DNA of 64,000 nucleotides from Lama glama (taxonomy: Eukaryota): positions 27,220,001 to 27,284,000 of the forward strand of contig CM052817.1 of the NCBI GenBank assembly GCA_028534125.1, given 5' to 3'. The notes beneath the pieces were generated by a model that saw only the letters and a program-made list of their open reading frames with translations, was not told where the DNA came from and made no database searches. Of the stretch, positions 12,984 through 26,159 are shown one piece after another (the stretch's first letter is position 1; each line of letters starts with the position of its first letter). Made by a program: the position numbers and the translations under genes.

Positions 12984-14744
12984 ACTTAGCAGAATAATTT
13001 GTTATGTAAGCCAGTACTGGTTAAATGGTGCAATATGGTACCTCTTGGGTTCCTTTGGCCCAAGACATCATAAACAATCTTCTAGAATTTTAGCATCTGC
13101 AACATAAAGAAAAAAAATACCACTGCCTATCTTTGGTAATACGAGCAGACCTAATTCTATGGTGAACAAGTATAAAAATTTTTTTGACACTCTCAAAAGC
13201 CTTGACAATGATGCCGAATATGAAGTGGCAGAATAAGAAGTTTGGTCTTTGGTCTTTGACTCTCATTGTTCATAGATTCTTTCCCTTCATATTAGATTTC
13301 AGTTCTGTCTCATGGTTTGGAGGTCAGTTTCACTTGGTGCCGCAGGTATAGGTGTTCATGAGGTCAGTCCCTCTTCCTACCACTTCTTTGCCTTGAAAAG
13401 TCAAGGATGACTTCAATTACTGGGGATTCTTGATTCAGCTGATCTCTTGCATTGAAATTAATCTATCTGGAGAGAGTATGGAAATGTATATCCAAATTAT
13501 TATAGAAATTAATAAAAATGAAATTTGCTTTAGTTTTAATGAAAAATGGAAATTGAATAGCTTCTTTATGAATAAAATCTATGAGTAGTATCTTAAGTAA
13601 AGATCTAAATAATACATTTAAAAAATGCTGGTATTTGTTGTAGATTCCCGGGCTCAATTCTCTCTCGCTCTGTTTTTGAATTTCCAAAGAGAGGGACTTA
13701 AATACTTAGTGTGTGCTGTGTCTTAAGTCTGTCATTTTTTTTCTTTCTGGTAAAGGCATCATTGTGCCTCGGTTTTTAATACGAGGGAAAATGAAGGTGG
13801 GAGTGGAATTTGTATTAAATATTTGGAATTTTTCTTCCTCCCCACCCCCAACATCTAAAACATGCATGGGATTTGGAAAACAAATTAGAAGCAGAGTCTT
13901 TCATCGATATTTTAAAAATGCATTTCTAAATGGTGAAGCGTTCTGATTTCTGAATAGTGCTATTTCGCTTAGGAGCTTACGTTGCCAAGTGATATGCAAT
14001 AATCTCTATTTTTTTTTCCTTGGGTTTTATTTTGACTTCCTGCAGCATGAAAGACCTTTTATATGAAAAAGCTAATATTAAATGTCCACTTTGCTAATAT
14101 AAACGTATTTGTTAGTATAAACTAGTAATAGTACAAGCTAATTTTACATTTTGGGGGGGTGGTATCTCTGCTAAGGGAATAGAGAGTAATTAGAATCAGA
14201 AATAGTTTTGCTTCTTTGTCTCTCTCTGTCCCTAAATTCCTGGGTTAGTGGGAACATGCAGACCATACAGGAAACAAAGGTTGTGCTTCCTTCTCTTAGA
14301 CATTAATTTTTAAACAAAAGGGGACAGATGGGCCAGAACAGACCACCAAAAAAGTATTTTATAAGAGACGCAAGTTTGGCCGTTTAAAGTCATGTCTAAA
14401 ATAGACTCACTGCTGTGCACGTGTTTAGCATGTTCCCTGGCGCACACACAAGGCTCTCTGTATCTATTTGTGGAGCGAATGAGTCAAATCAGAATAACTG
14501 ATTTTGGTGAGAGTTGAGAACTTCATTAGTGTGGGTCACCAGTGGTTGAAATTACCTGTATTTTCCAAACAAACTTTCTGTCCTCATTTTGGTTGACTGT
14601 ATTGATGAGGAAAGAGACCCTAACACTCAGAAGTCCAAATACAGCTCCTCACAGAAGCATTCATGTTACAGCGATGCAACGTGGAAATCATAACAGCCTT
14701 TTTTCCCCACCTAATCCTATTTTTATGATGTTTCTTGTACTACT

Positions 14745-14828
14745 TGTTTAGATACTAATGTAGCAACAACAGCTTTCTTACACTTAGAGTTAACATGATA
14801 TATCTTTTTTCATAATTTTCACTTCTGA
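14745..14828 (-). mobile_element. Old L1M fragment
   Basis: gatactaatgtagcaacaacagctttctt...catgatatatctttttt, similar to the L1 segment near 44335-44400. Confidence 0.55.
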
Positions 14829-15102
14829 CTTTTTTTTATTTGTTATTTTTATTGAAGTATGGTCGCTTTACAGTGTGTTAATTTCTGGTGTACATCATAG
14901 TGATTCAGCTGTTCACATATATACATATATTCCTTTTCCTATTCTTTTTCACTATAGGCCATTACAGGATGTTTAATATGGTTTCCCATGCTATACTTTA
15001 GGACCTTGTTGTTTATCTATCTTATATATAGTGGTTAGCATCTGCAAATCCCAAACTCCCACTTTATCCCTTCCCATGCCTTCCCACCCACTGGTAACCA
15101 CA
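14829..15102 (-). mobile_element. Artiodactyl-type L1 3' end
   Basis: T-tail, ttattgaagtat...ggaccttgttgtttatctat...catctgcaaatcccaaactcc...ggtaacca. Confidence 0.88.
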
Positions 15103-18100
15103 TGCTGGCTTTTGGTCATTTCAGCAGCACTCATCTCCTTCCCCTCCTCATTCCATTTTATCACAGGTAATTACATTATTAGACATCAGTAGTTTAACCA
15201 GGATAAACAATAATTGCTGGAAAACTACAATTTTTAGTTTGGAGAAAAGAGTTGCTAAGTAAATAGAAGGGAAGAATATGAACGTGTTGTGTTAGGCGAT
15301 CCTTTTTTTTTTTTTTAATGTAACTGTTTAGCAATTCAGGAAGTGACTTAAATTTTGCCTGCCAATGTTTGATGCTGGATTTTTATCAAAGGAAGGGTCA
15401 TATCATTTTTCATGTGTGCTTGGTTAGAGATTTGTTTAAATGGAAACATAAGCTAGCAAGCGACAGTCTCACCTTGGGGAATGAGTTTCTGCATAAAAGC
15501 TTTGTGTCTCATGCTCCAGTGGAAAGAAAAAAAGTCCTATTGGATGTCTTTTTCTGTCTGCTCTGGGAGTGCAGCAAACGTGAGCAACATAGTGAGTTCA
15601 GACCACCTGTGAGACTGCAAATTGCTTTCCTGAATGTTGAATTAAATAACAACATTTGATTATAGTATTTAAAACAAATCAAGGAATATTCAGATGAATC
15701 AGTGGATAAACAAATTTAATAGTAATATGGACCTTGCTCTCATTGCAAATGGATTATTATCCAATGAAACTGTGCTTTCATGTTGTAAAGCTTTCCAGAT
15801 TTTGGGACACCAGGGCAGCTGTATTTTTCAAAACCTTCACATGTGATCCAAAAGCATCATTTCCTAGGAGAAATGGAATTATGTTAATGTTCAGTATTTA
15901 TAAGGAATAACTAAAATCTTTTCTGAAGACATCAGAAATACACCTGGTGAAGAAAAGCTCTCCTGCCAGATAAAATGGAATGTTCTGGATTAACCAAGGG
16001 AGCAGCTTGACTGAGAGAGATTCACGGAGCAGGTGCTGCTGGGTCTCTAATTCCAGCGTGCAGAGGATGTGAGGAGATTTGCCTGACCTCAAGGGCTAAG
16101 AGCTATTAATAAAAGCAACTCAGCAATTTCCTTCTATGTTGCTTGCTTTGTTTTGAAGGATGTGCCCACATAAAACTCACTGACTCAAGGAAATGCAAGC
16201 TGACTCAGACCTAACAAAAACTGTGGAAAAGGCTGCATCTGTCAGAGAAAATTGCAGTAAGAGACAGTGCAGATAACATCTTTCTGGATAGCTATTGCCA
16301 GGGGGACTGAAGGGGGTTGAAATGCATACAGGAAATGGCTCAGAGACTGAAGGGCTCTTCCAGTTTGTCTGAGTCTGAATAGTTCCCCAAACTTCCACAC
16401 CCATTTGGTTTGGGTTCAATAGCTGGCATATTTTCTTTGTACACAGTTCTATTTTTGATACTCCTAAACAGCCACTCGGTGATTTTTTCAGTCATATGTG
16501 TATTTTTCTATCATTCAGGGCATAATTTTGGGGGCAATTCATACTAATACATGAGCTTGACTTTCAAGGTAAGCCACTGGTCCTGAAACTACTTGGTGGG
16601 TGTCTGGCCAGTTCATAACTTCTGCTTGTGGTGACTCTTCTTTGCCCAACACAATGGTCTCTTTGCTTGGCAATCTACCTTTCATTAGGCAGTCAACGTC
16701 TCACAGCAACGCTCCCCTCCCCAGATAACCCTGGGAACAGAGGAGCTAACACAACCATAAACCCTTGCCAAGTACAACAACGTGAGCTTCCATCTGCCCC
16801 GAGGAGAGGCGTCCCTCGAAACCTCAGTGTCCCCAGGGCTGACCATGAGAGCAGTGGGATTTTCAGTCTTGCTCAACACTGGGGACTTGAGCATCTGTTA
16901 GGATAATCTTCCCTTCCCTAGTGGTTAGGGAGATCATACTCATAAAAGAAATCTTCTTGTGGACTGTATTTTGCCTAAATCTGCCCATCCACAGTCTCTG
17001 TTGTGAGGACCAGACCATCAGACTGAGTGCTGGGTGATATTGCCGACTTCTTCTGGCCTGGATAGTCTTGCTCAATTACTATGTGTTTTGCAGGTACAGA
17101 TTAAGAGAATCTTCACTGTTTTTCCCATTCTTTATTAACTTGTAGGAAGCATATTGGGATCTCAAGCCTCTGATTGACGATCGGTTCATTGATTGCCAAT
17201 AAAAGGTGGGCTCCTCTGATCCTGTGTCCCTCAGCACTAGTTTAGGTGGAAAATGATGGGAGTCATCTGAAATAAGAGCCCCTGTTAGGTAACCATAAAG
17301 CGGAAAGGATCAGAGGCACCTGGGAAATTTTTGTCCTTAAATTTTTTGGCAATAAATACTGCAGTTGAGGCACTCTTAAAGATTTTCAAGAAAAACAGTA
17401 AAAGTGGATTGTTGCAATTAGTTCCTCTAATTAGGTATTTTTAAAAAGCATAAAAATATGTAAAGTTCTCCTGATCTATTTGTCCACTGACCTGTATCTT
17501 TCCACTGTAATTTTCAAGTAGAATTTATTTAGCCTAAAAAGGGAAATTAACTTTGTACGATGACCTGTGATTAGCGTTTCTGTGTATTCTGGGGACAGGG
17601 TAGCCACTGACCTTGGTATCTTACTGTAGTATCTGTTGGTCTTGGCAGTACCTTCATCTTCCAGGGCGCATTCCCAGAATGGTTCAGTAAAACCAGTGCA
17701 ATCTTTGGAGGAATTTGGTTCTTTGTGGCTGAGAAAAATATATACTAACTTAGAGGGGTTTTTTTTTCCCTTATATTCTAGAGAATTGCCATTGTGGAAA
17801 GGATTAAAAGTTCAAATATAATAGAGTGAAGTTTCCCTAAAGGATTCTGGTTTGAAGGCTCAGTATATTGAGTAATTGTTCTAAAAGAGATCTTTCTTGT
17901 CAAAGGGTTTGGAGGGTCACTGCCGGTCCATTTCCAAGCTGATGATGAAGGGAACAATTCTAAACTGCAGGTTCAATTGGAACTTAGTAGAGGAAAAGCC
18001 TCCATTCTGGCAGTCATTACTTGTTTCGGTCACAGATGAGACCTGTGAGATTTGGGCAGCATGAGGTGAAGTGTGTGCAGCAGGGGTCTGAGGATTTACA

Positions 18101-18642
18101 GTGGCATTCTTGCTGTGGTTGCACTTTTGAAACCTCTGAATCTATGACTGCCTCATGCAAGTGTATATTAAAATAGATGAAAAACTAGATCCCTAATTAG
18201 TCGGGAAAGGAAGGTCATCCTCAGAGATTCGTGAATACAGATAGTTAATGGAACCATAACTTTTAGAAGTCAGTATTCAGAGAACAGCATGGAAATGGCT
18301 GGAATAAAGTGAGTTTTGAATGCTGATTGCTTTATTTTCATACTAGCTAATGAGTTAATGTGCCACACATCCTCTAACCTTTCTGGAATGGTGAACAAAT
18401 GGAGAGATGTGCTGAGTAAGTGATGGAAGACAACGTGAGCTCTAAGGCAGTTAGCTGGAATTTAAAGGACTAAACCATGCGTTTATGATTAAACTAGTAA
18501 AAGCCTGTATGTAAATCTAATTGGTAATGTTTTATCTAAAGGTAAGTGAGAAAACCCCTAACGTTTTTCTTGATCTTTCAAAGTTTCCTTAAAATGGAAA
18601 GTGGCTTCAGAAATTGAATTGAGAGGAAAAGGAAGAATGACA

Positions 18643-18645
<3 letters not shown>

Positions 18646-18681
<36 letters not shown>
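18646..18681 (+). repeat. (GT)18 microsatellite
   Basis: Perfect dinucleotide run. Confidence 0.98.
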
Positions 18682-18683
<2 letters not shown>

Positions 18684-19188
18684 CTGAGTCGAAGACTCTG
18701 ATGTGAATCAGTATAATGGAAGCATCAGAGACAAATTTGAAGGTTAAATTAATTCATTTCATTACAAGAAGGGCAAGTGCTGTGTGAGATACAGGACCTT
18801 TGGGGAAGCTGGGCTAAATACTGATTTTTGTTTCTTTAACAGGGTCACCATTTGCGTCTCTGTCTGGAAATAAGATGATTGTTAGGCAGCAAAATGCTGT
18901 TTTTATTATTATTTCAGCAATGTCAATCCAAACTCGATGACTATGATTCATGGAATCTTCAAGGAAAACCAAATATTCTTTTTTAATAAAGCATCGGAGT
19001 TGGGATTTGCACATCTGCTCTTAAAATCTGTTTTTTATAATATGGAACATATGTTAATAGCTATATCTTTTATTAAACTGCAGGAAAATTCTTGTCCAGT
19101 GGATTAATTCTAGATCCTGGAAATGTGGAACAACAAAGGAGAGCATATTGAGACAAATGCTCGTTTGTCCCACCTCTTACCCGCAGAG

Positions 19189-19370
19189 CAGTGCTTTCTA
19201 AACTGCTGCTTGTGACCCTTATGAGGATAGCACAGTCAAGCTAGTGGATTTTGACTAGCATTTTAGAAAAGGAAATGGAATAGAAAATAATCACAGTACA
19301 CTGACCACAGTACTGTGAACTTTGTGTCAGTGATCAGATGTACTGATCATGATGCAGGTTGATTTTTCCT
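19189..19370. mobile_element. hAT-Charlie MER-type fossil
   Basis: cagtgctttctaaactg...gtgaccc...agcatttttagaaaaggaaatggaatagaaaata. Confidence 0.5.
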
Positions 19371-19671
19371 GTATTCTAGAGCTTCAGCTTTGGAGGCTGC
19401 TTTAGGCTTAGCCAGACCAGAAAGTCCCACCACTTGTTGCACAGATGAGGCTGACTGGTCCAGGCTAGGGCCATGTCTGATTCAGAGGGCTTGAAGACAG
19501 CTACACTTTCCAGTCCCCTATTCTGAAGCTGCATCATACCTGCAAGTTCAGAAAGAAATGCTTTCATTTGCCAGAGTGCTCCTAGTCCTTTCCTGCTCTC
19601 TCCACGACTTGCACTGACCCAGGAACTAGATACAATGTTTGTAATGTCTAAGGAAGCATCATTCTTTAATT

Positions 19672-19840
19672 CTTTTTTTTTAAGTTTTTTTGAGAAATAA
19701 TCCTTATACTGTAACATATAATTCACTCATTTAAAGTATGAAAATCATGTTTGTAGTGTATTCACAGAGTTGTGTGAGCATCACTTCAATCCATTTTTGA
19801 ACATTTTCACCATCTCAAAAGGAAACCCTGTAGCCATCAT
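19672..19840 (-). mobile_element. L1M (MB/MC-like) 3' end
   Basis: aattcactcatttaaagt...tattcacagagttgtg...aacattttcaccatctcaaaaggaaaccctgtagcc. Confidence 0.8.
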
Positions 19841-19911
19841 GGTCCCACAGTCCTTCTCTTGGATTGATGGTGCCAACTCAACAGAAGCCTTGAGGAGAAA
19901 GATTAACTTCT

Positions 19912-20362
19912 TAAAAAAAATTTTTTTATTGAAGTATACTTGTTTTACAATGTTGTGTTGGTTTCTGGTGTACTGCAAAGTGATTCATTTATACATATAT
20001 ATGTAGCTTTTCATTATAGGTCATTACAAGCTCTTGAGTATAGTTCCCTGTGCTGTACTGTGGGATCTTGTTGTTTATCTATTTTATATATAGTAGTTTG
20101 TATCTGCTAATCCCAAACTCCTAATTGATCCCTCCCACCTCTTCCCTTTAGTAACCATGAATTTGTTTTGTGTGTCTATGAGACTGTTTCTGTTTTTAAA
20201 TAAGTTCATTTGTGTCATTTTTTAAGATTCCACATATAAGTGATATCATATATTTGTCTTTCTCTGTCTGACTTACTGCACTTAGGATGATAATCTCCAG
20301 GTTCATCCATGTTGCTGCAAATGGCATTATTTCATTCTTTTTTATGGCTGAGTAGTATTCCA

Positions 20363-20419
<57 letters not shown>

Positions 20420-20530
20420 TACACACATACCACAACTTCTTTATTCAGTCATCCATCAGTGGGCATTTAGGTTGCTTCCATGTCTTGGCTATTGTAATTA
20501 GTGCTGCTGTGAACACTGGGGTGCATGTAT
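19912..20530 (-). mobile_element. Artiodactyl-type L1, ORF2 end plus 3' UTR, with TSD
   Basis: Minus-strand MEYYSAIKKNEIMPFAATWMNLE is typical of L1 3' ends. Flanks ggagaaagattaacttct (19894-19911) / ggaaaaagatttaagttct (20531-20549). Confidence 0.93.
20364..20430 (+). repeat. (CA)25 microsatellite with imperfect tail, inside the L1
   Basis: Perfect CA run 20364-20413. Confidence 0.97.
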
Positions 20531-21369
20531 GGAAAAAGATTTAAGTTCTGCATCTAAGCTGACACAGTGGTCTCCAAACTTTATGATCACTTACTTCTTC
20601 AGTTAGAAAAAGGTTTTGAGTATGTACTCCCAATTTGTTACATAGAAATACATTTGTAAGTTACATATGTCTCTATGCTAATATATTGTTATATTATCAA
20701 ACACACACTAATGAAGTAGAAAAGCTGTTATCTCCCCCACACACCTCTGCAGATCGTCTGGTGTGCTCCCACACAGTTTTGATGCCCTTGATTGAGCATA
20801 GACAGCCCACTTTGGGTAGGACCCTGCTGACCTCTTAGTCTCTCTTTTTGCCCTCAGCACCCTCCCACCCACTTCACAAACTCCAGCTGGCTTTCTTAGA
20901 TGCCAAGTTTTTGTTGTTTTTTTTTCTTTTTCCCCACAGTACCAACACTGAATCTTAGCTGTTCCCCATGCCTGGAATGCTCTCTCTTCCTTGTCTTTCT
21001 GGAGGACTCCTTCTAATTCCTAAAGAATATGCCCAGGTTTACCTCCCCTGCTAGTCTTAATTTCCTAAATACAGTTAGGTGTTCCTCCTTCTCCCTTCCC
21101 TTAACAGCCCATACATATTTATTATAACTTAATAAATCTGTCTATCTGCATCCCATGCTAGACTATAGGGATTAGACTTGTAAATTGCTTATTTTTTTTC
21201 TATTAGAAACAGTGTTGTGAAGAATCTTTCCCCCTGTATAGGAGTCTTTGCACATTTCCACTTGTCTTCTTAGGACAGATTGCTAGAATGTCCATGCCAT
21301 TTATTGTCGTAGTTTAGAAAATATCCAGAAAAATAGGCTGGGATCAGATTGTGGAGTGACTTGACTATG

Positions 21370-21419
21370 AGACTGAAGTGATTCAAGACTGAAGTGATTC
21401 AAGACTGAAGTGATGCAAG
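21370..21419 (+). repeat. 3 x 16-bp tandem repeat (agactgaagtgattca)
   Basis: Two identical units plus one with a single mismatch. Confidence 0.95.
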
Positions 21420-21445
21420 TGTTAAGGCCTGTTTATGAGGATGCT

Positions 21446-21851
21446 GTTTATACCAGTTTGCTAGGGCTGTTGTAACAGGGTACCACAAATGGGGTGGTGT
21501 AAACAGCATAAGTGCATTCTCTCACAGTTCTGGAGGCCAGAAGTCCAAAGTCAGGGTGTTGGCCTGGTTGGTTCCTTTTGAGGACTTGGAGGGAAGGATC
21601 TGTTCTGGGCCTCTGTCCTTGGCTGCCTTCATGGCATTCTCCCATATGTGTGCCTGTGTCCAAAATTTCCCTTTTTGTAAGGAGACCAGTCAAATTGGAT
21701 TAGAGGTCTACCCTACTCCAGTATGACCTCATCTTAGCTGAACTAATTATGTCTGTAATTATAATCTCCAAGTGAGGTCACATTCTGAAATTCTAGGGGT
21801 TAGGATTTCAGCATATGAAGTGGAGGAGGGGGGCACAATTCAGCTTCTACA
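21446..21851 (-). mobile_element. MaLR LTR (MLT1B/C-like)
   Basis: tttgctagggctg...ctcacagttctggaggccagaagtccaa...tatgacctcatcttag...ggtcacattctga...ggggttaggatttcagcatatgaa. Confidence 0.92.
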
Positions 21852-24249
21852 TTGATTGATACAAAATTGAATTTTTATTTTATTTAGGGAGGTTTGATAT
21901 ATTTATAATGTTGAATGTTTTTAATCAGGAACCAGATAAATTTCTCATTTTATGTAAGACCTATTTACATCACTTTGTCAATTAAATGTTATAGATTTGG
22001 GGCACTTGGAAAATTACAATATTTGGATGACAACAGCAGAATAAGAATATTAGGTGAACTATGTTAGGAAAATTAGGTAGATATGAGAATGGAATGGGGT
22101 ACCTGGCATATAGTTGGCACTCCATAAATGTCTGTGTATCAGATTTGCTGGAGGCAGTAAAATGGTAAGGTAGAAAATTTAATTTTGCAACATAAAAGTT
22201 GTAGGAAATCTTGCTGTATAATCTAGGGGTCCTTACATATTTGAATTAGTCTAAAATTGTCCTTTATCAGACTAAGTTTTAAACAGATCACTTACTTTTG
22301 TGTATAGCTTATCATAGAAGAAGTAGAGGAGCTGAAATACTATTATGAAGAAAGAGTTTGCATAAAAAAATTCATTACCACTAGGGTCTCCTTTTTCTTT
22401 TTCTGTTAGTCTTTGGAAATACAGATGATTGAAAATTATTTACATTATATAGGGGGAAAAAAGAAATACTCTCAAAAGGTGTTTTAAAAGCATTTATTTT
22501 CATAGACAAAAGAAAACTCAGAGCCCACCTCCTGCTATGTATCCTATTGCATTTCCAGCTCCTGGGTCCTCCCCTTCCCAGTTGAGTATGGGTTTAGGAA
22601 TGTTTGAGGATAGGTCTGTTGTGTCAACATGCGACATTTCATATTTCATCTCAAATCCTGTAGATGAAAGGAGAAATATTTCCAGTTTTGAAAACATGGG
22701 AATCCTTTGCATTTCACAGACATGCAGTTCCTGGTTTCAGCGTTGCCTTGATACTTGCTACCTTATTACGGTGCTCAGTTTAACCTTCTACCTTTTGGGT
22801 AGCACTGCATATTCAGTTAGTGCATAATTTGCTTTACTTTCTTCTTTCTATGCTGCAGGAAAATTCATCTCTGTAGTTAAGCACCACCCGCCCCATCCTC
22901 TTACTTTTGGGGAGCCTCTGACAGCTTAGGGTGTGTTTCTCAAGGGAGTCTTCGCTTGTCGCTTTGCTTCCTCAGAAGCCCTAGGGCGAGCTTTCTGGAT
23001 GGACTCTTTTTTTTTACCATTAATCAACCCAGGCGCTGCCTGGCTCTTCCTCTAGGCTCAAGCTCTAGTCTACAGAACCCCCACCCCCTCAGTACAGAAA
23101 GAACTGTAAAAAGGCAAAGCGTGCACTTGCTACCATGGCAACCACCGCCTGCCACTTCTTAGCTCCTTTTTGAAGTTACTTCCTAGTTGTGAAGACTCAT
23201 TTGCATGAAGTTATCAAATAGCTGGGCTCAGTGTTCTCACTGTTCCCAGTGCTCATTTGAAGGCTTTGCCTTGCTTCCTTTCAGACCCTTTACTGTAGCT
23301 GTTTGGTGCATAGGTTTCTCCACTGCAGATACATAGAATATTTCCCCTGCCGATGGCCGCTAGAGCATTTCCTTGTTGCTAGACTTACAAGTCCCTCTGT
23401 GTGAGGTGGTGGATCAGCTTGTTATGCACCCTAAGTGTGAAAATGTCTCGTGGATGATGAATTGGCTGTAAATCAAAAGTAGGGTGGTATCTTCGAAAGT
23501 TCAGACTTAACACATGATAGCTCACTTTGGGCCAATGTGAAAGCAAAAATTCTTTACTCCTCCTAACGATGGTTGACCTACAAACAGCTCTCAGGGGCTG
23601 CCGTAATCCCTACCATTAGTGTGGACGGACATGTCCAGAAGATCGTGGGAAAACACAGAACTGTGTGCAGGCAATGAGGGTCAGCACATGGATGGCTTCT
23701 AATGACGTGACCAGGCATTTGAGGTTACTTCTTTTGGATGACCATTGAAGCAAGAATCCTAAACTCTTTGAGGTCATGTGATTCCTGAGTCCCTTTTTAT
23801 AACTTTTGCACCAAATAGATTTCTCACTCCACTCTGAATACCTTCAGGGTCTGGAAAGTCACCCGTTTTGGGGGGATCCCATTCTATCTTTGGCCGCCTG
23901 CTACTTCAGCAGCTGTTTCTTGTTGAGATTGCCTTTCTAAGGGCTGCCATTGTATCGGCTTATTTCTGGGTTTTCCAACCATTTAGATTCCCTGGGCAGC
24001 ATGCAAACATTTGCATCTGCTGTTGTGCAGCTAGAGGAGACAGAAGGAAGGAACGATGTGCCCAAGCGAAACTCAGGAGGCAAGCACCCAAGCTCATATG
24101 AAATGTTGATTTGTTGATTCGTTGAACAGACTTTTGAAGACTGATGACTTTTGAGGCATAGTACGAGATGCTGAGGACTTAGAGATAATCGGCTTTAAGA
24201 GCTTCTAGTCTCTCCAGGAGAGGAAGTAAATATAATGTCTGTTTGAAGC

Positions 24250-24810
24250 CCACTCTATGCCTCTTCCGAATTCCATTCTCTTTCTGTATTTAGAAGCAAC
24301 CACTAGCCTGATTTTGGTTTTTATCACTTTTATATTTTTACTGTATAGGTGTATGTATAATATTGTTTTGCATGTTTTTGAGCTTTATAGAAATAGTAAC
24401 ACACTGACTGTATCATTTTGTAACTTACTTTCTTTGCCTTCGGGGCTCATTGGTGTCATTCAAATTCATAATTTTTGCTACTGAGTTTTATTATATGAAA
24501 ATACCATTATTTATTGATGCTATCTGCTAGTAAACACTTAGGGTGTTTCTGTTTTTCACCGTAGAAATCCTTGATGCACTGAACAATTTAGCTCATGCTC
24601 CTGTACAAGAGTTTCTCTGGGTATATTTGTGTCATTGTTGCATCATGTGAGCTGTATTCTCTTCAGCCTTTCTAGATTTTGATCAGTTAGTTGCTTCTCA
24701 AACTGATTATGCTGACTTACTTTCCCACCATGACGGTATTTGAGTTTCAGTTCCGTCCGTTTTCACTAACACTGAGGTTTGTTGTCTTTTTTGATGCTAG
24801 CCTTTATGAT
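24250..24810 (-). mobile_element. Old L1ME-type fragment
   Basis: attgttttgcatgtttttgagctttatagaaatag...gagtttctctgggtatat...ttcccacca. Confidence 0.6.
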
Positions 24811-25374
24811 ATTTGCATAGCTCCATGAACTTTTATCTTTTCATCATACTTAGTCTTGTCAAACTGTAGATTCTAAAAGGCAGGGACAGTGTGTGTTTAC
24901 TCACCATTCCAGCCCCAGGAGTTACCTAAATCCAACCCTTTCATCCCTCTCCTGTGGTGCAAGGCCAGTTTCAGATGCTGTATCTTCCGTGAGCTCTCAA
25001 AATCAGATGGCTCTTCCTTCTTTGAGGATGAGCCTGAAGCATTTCAGTTGCATCACTTTCATGTTTGTCATAGCCTGCCATATCTTATACTTAATCGTGC
25101 ACTTTCCTGTTTCCCCCAATAGATTAACTAGTTCTTGAGGATAGAAAAGTTCTTACTCACCTTTGCAGCACCACAGCCTTGTATGTTTTAGGTGCTTGGT
25201 AAATACTTGTGCATATGCTTCAGCGCCTGGTGCATTCTGAGAGCTCATTCACACCCTTCTTACTTCATGATATTCAGTTGGGGTTGCCAACAAAAGATAT
25301 GCACTTATTGTGAGCTGTTGATTGGTGGCCAGATGATGTTCTAGAAGATCTGCAGAAAGAGGGGAACTTTTCAC

Positions 25375-25650
25375 CCCACACCTGCCCCAGTGCTGGGATT
25401 ACCAGTCTCTTTATCTTTGTCAGTAGGATAGAGAGAAAATGGTATTTCTGCTTTAATTTACTTTGAGCATCAGTTAAGTTGGGCATCTTGTAAATATCAT
25501 CATATTATCTTATGAATACATATATATATATTCCTTTTGTAAGATTTCTGTTCATGTCCTTTGTTCTCTCCTCTTTGGGGGTGTTTGTCTTACTGTTTGC
25601 ATCACCTCCTTCTACATTAACAATTTTAACACTTTTTCATGTTGCCAATT
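25375..25650 (-). mobile_element. Old L1M fragment
   Basis: ataga...aaatggtatttctgctttaattt...tctgttcatgtcctttg. Confidence 0.5.
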
Positions 25651-25689
25651 TATTTGTTATCTAAAGCTTGATTCTTGGAATGGATTTCC

Positions 25690-26045
25690 TACCTGAGTAC
25701 CTCCACTCATACTGTTTCTCTGGAAGGAATATTCTTCCCTTTTCTGCTTTTCTCTTCCTCTTCCACCCTTTACTTCTTGCCCCACTCCCTCTGATGCTCT
25801 TAACCTGGTCAATTTCTGCTCATCCTACGGAGCTAAGTTTAAATACCATTGCTTTAGAGAGGCCTGTCCAATTCTGCCCTCCCACTTCACGTAACCCCCC
25901 CCCCCATTATCCTCTTCCGTAACTGCCTTCATGTCTCTTCATGGGCCTCACCACTATTTGCAATTACGCATATGCTTAATGTTTTTATCCACCACTACGA
26001 TATAAATCCCTTCAAGGGCTGGGATAGAATCTGCCTGATAAATAA
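25690..26045 (+). mobile_element. L2 fragment
   Basis: ctgtttctctggaaggaatattcttccc...caccactatttgcaatta, pyrimidine-rich L2 3' region. Confidence 0.5.
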
Positions 26046-26159
26046 GAGACTGAGTAAATTTAACAGCCAAGTGATTCTCTTTGATCATTCCTTTATTAAA
26101 TTAAACTAAAATTTAATTTCTGTTTATCACTTGGTAGAGAACTTCTTAAAAGACTTCCA

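Noticed and set aside
20196..20435. ORF with a CVCVCV repeat and MEYYSAIKK
   Set aside because: Translation of a CA microsatellite within an L1 3' end, not a gene.
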